Assembly (NCBI RefSeq): GCF_006345805.1
Contig: NW_021824322.1
Coordinates: 1-20,529, forward strand
DNA: 20,529 nucleotides
Direction of reading: 5' to 3'
Source of the DNA: Octopus sinensis
Lineage: Eukaryota
Shown here one piece after another: positions 19,701 through 20,529 of the stretch. The notes beneath the pieces were generated by a model that was given only the letters and a program-made list of their open reading frames with translations, did no database searches and was not told the origin of the DNA. Each line of letters starts with the position of its first letter. The stretch's first letter is position 1. A program made the position numbers and the translations under genes.

Positions 19701-20320
19701 TATTTTTGTAAGTAATGTATGTGTATATGCGTTTGATGTTTTATAAGTAGTGAACCATTTGTATCTTTTGTTCTCGTGTTCTATCCTATCCTATACTGAA
19801 ATATCAGCCCTCTTAGGGCTGAACTTTTTTGGGGGGCCCTCGGTTTCTTGCTTTATGATGGTTTGATGTATACATTATATCGTACAATGATATTGCATGA
19901 TTGTTCTTCATAGGAATTCTAATTCTTGTAAGGATAATACTTGTTTAAGGGTTTCTAGTTTATGGAAGTTTTGTTGCATAATATATCAAAATTCAACTTA
20001 TCTCACTCTCCGCTTTCTCTTTCTCTCTCACCTTCTCCTCCTCTCCCCCTCTCACTCACACCCACTTTGTGAAGATCATGTCTTTAAAACACACCTTTTG
20101 TTTTCCATCACATGCATACACACATTAACTTTAGAAAATTATATTTCCATTTCATTTAGTTAGTCCAAAGGGAGTAATAAATTATAATAAATTATCCACA
20201 AGTTGTTACTTGCCAGCTATAAGTCGTACGTCTCCCGATAGACTGATCTAGAAATGAGTCTTCTTTTGCTAGCTGAAAAATTTTATCTGCGCACGCAACG
20301 ACTACAAATAATAGCAGTAG

Positions 20321-20512
20321 TTAGCTAACTGAACTCGTTGATTCCTGGCCGTGAACAGTTTGTTGTCTGTTCACCGGCTCAGCATAAGTCATGTCTACCA
20401 CCGATTCAATAAGTTCGTTTGCCGAAATAGTTCTCATCTCCGATGCTGTATCGCGTAATTGCAGCGTAACCCTTGCTCGGATGTTTATCGCATGCAAGGC
20501 CTTGGAAAGGAG
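20321..20512 (-). other. Possible coding exon of an unidentified gene
   Basis: A 63-codon stop-free stretch after a TAG (LLSKALHAINIRARVTLQLRDTASEMRTISANELIESVVDMTYAEPVNRQQTVHGQESTSSVS*) in comparatively GC-balanced, non-repetitive sequence. No family recognised. Confidence 0.15.
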
Positions 20513-20529
20513 CTACCTGTGATTTGATC

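Overview
Eukaryotic, AT-rich, repeat-saturated window with no confidently identifiable host protein-coding gene. The SINE families and microsatellite load resemble a cephalopod (octopus-like) genome; this is inference from recalled repeat families. It contains many tRNA-derived SINE copies (including head-to-tail multimers at 4.7-8.7 kb), a 5'-truncated decayed CR1/L2-group LINE (13088-14328) and a U6 snRNA retrocopy fused to a SINE/LINE 3' tail (14372-14537). It also has two Tc1/mariner remnants, a decayed Penelope-like RT/linker ORF (19062-19538), a ~1.28 kb tandem duplication and long simple repeats. The most notable signal is a set of minimal type I hammerhead ribozyme motifs. Two sit in sequence-unrelated non-coding elements (16056-16663/17335-17937 and 18036-18604) with the same architecture: an inverted copy of the 3' end, then a circularly permuted ~350 or ~460 nt monomer with a terminal direct repeat, ending in TA-rich DNA. 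This suggests retrozyme-like elements mobilised by Penelope-like retroelements. Nearly all ORFs in the supplied track are microsatellite or SINE artefacts.
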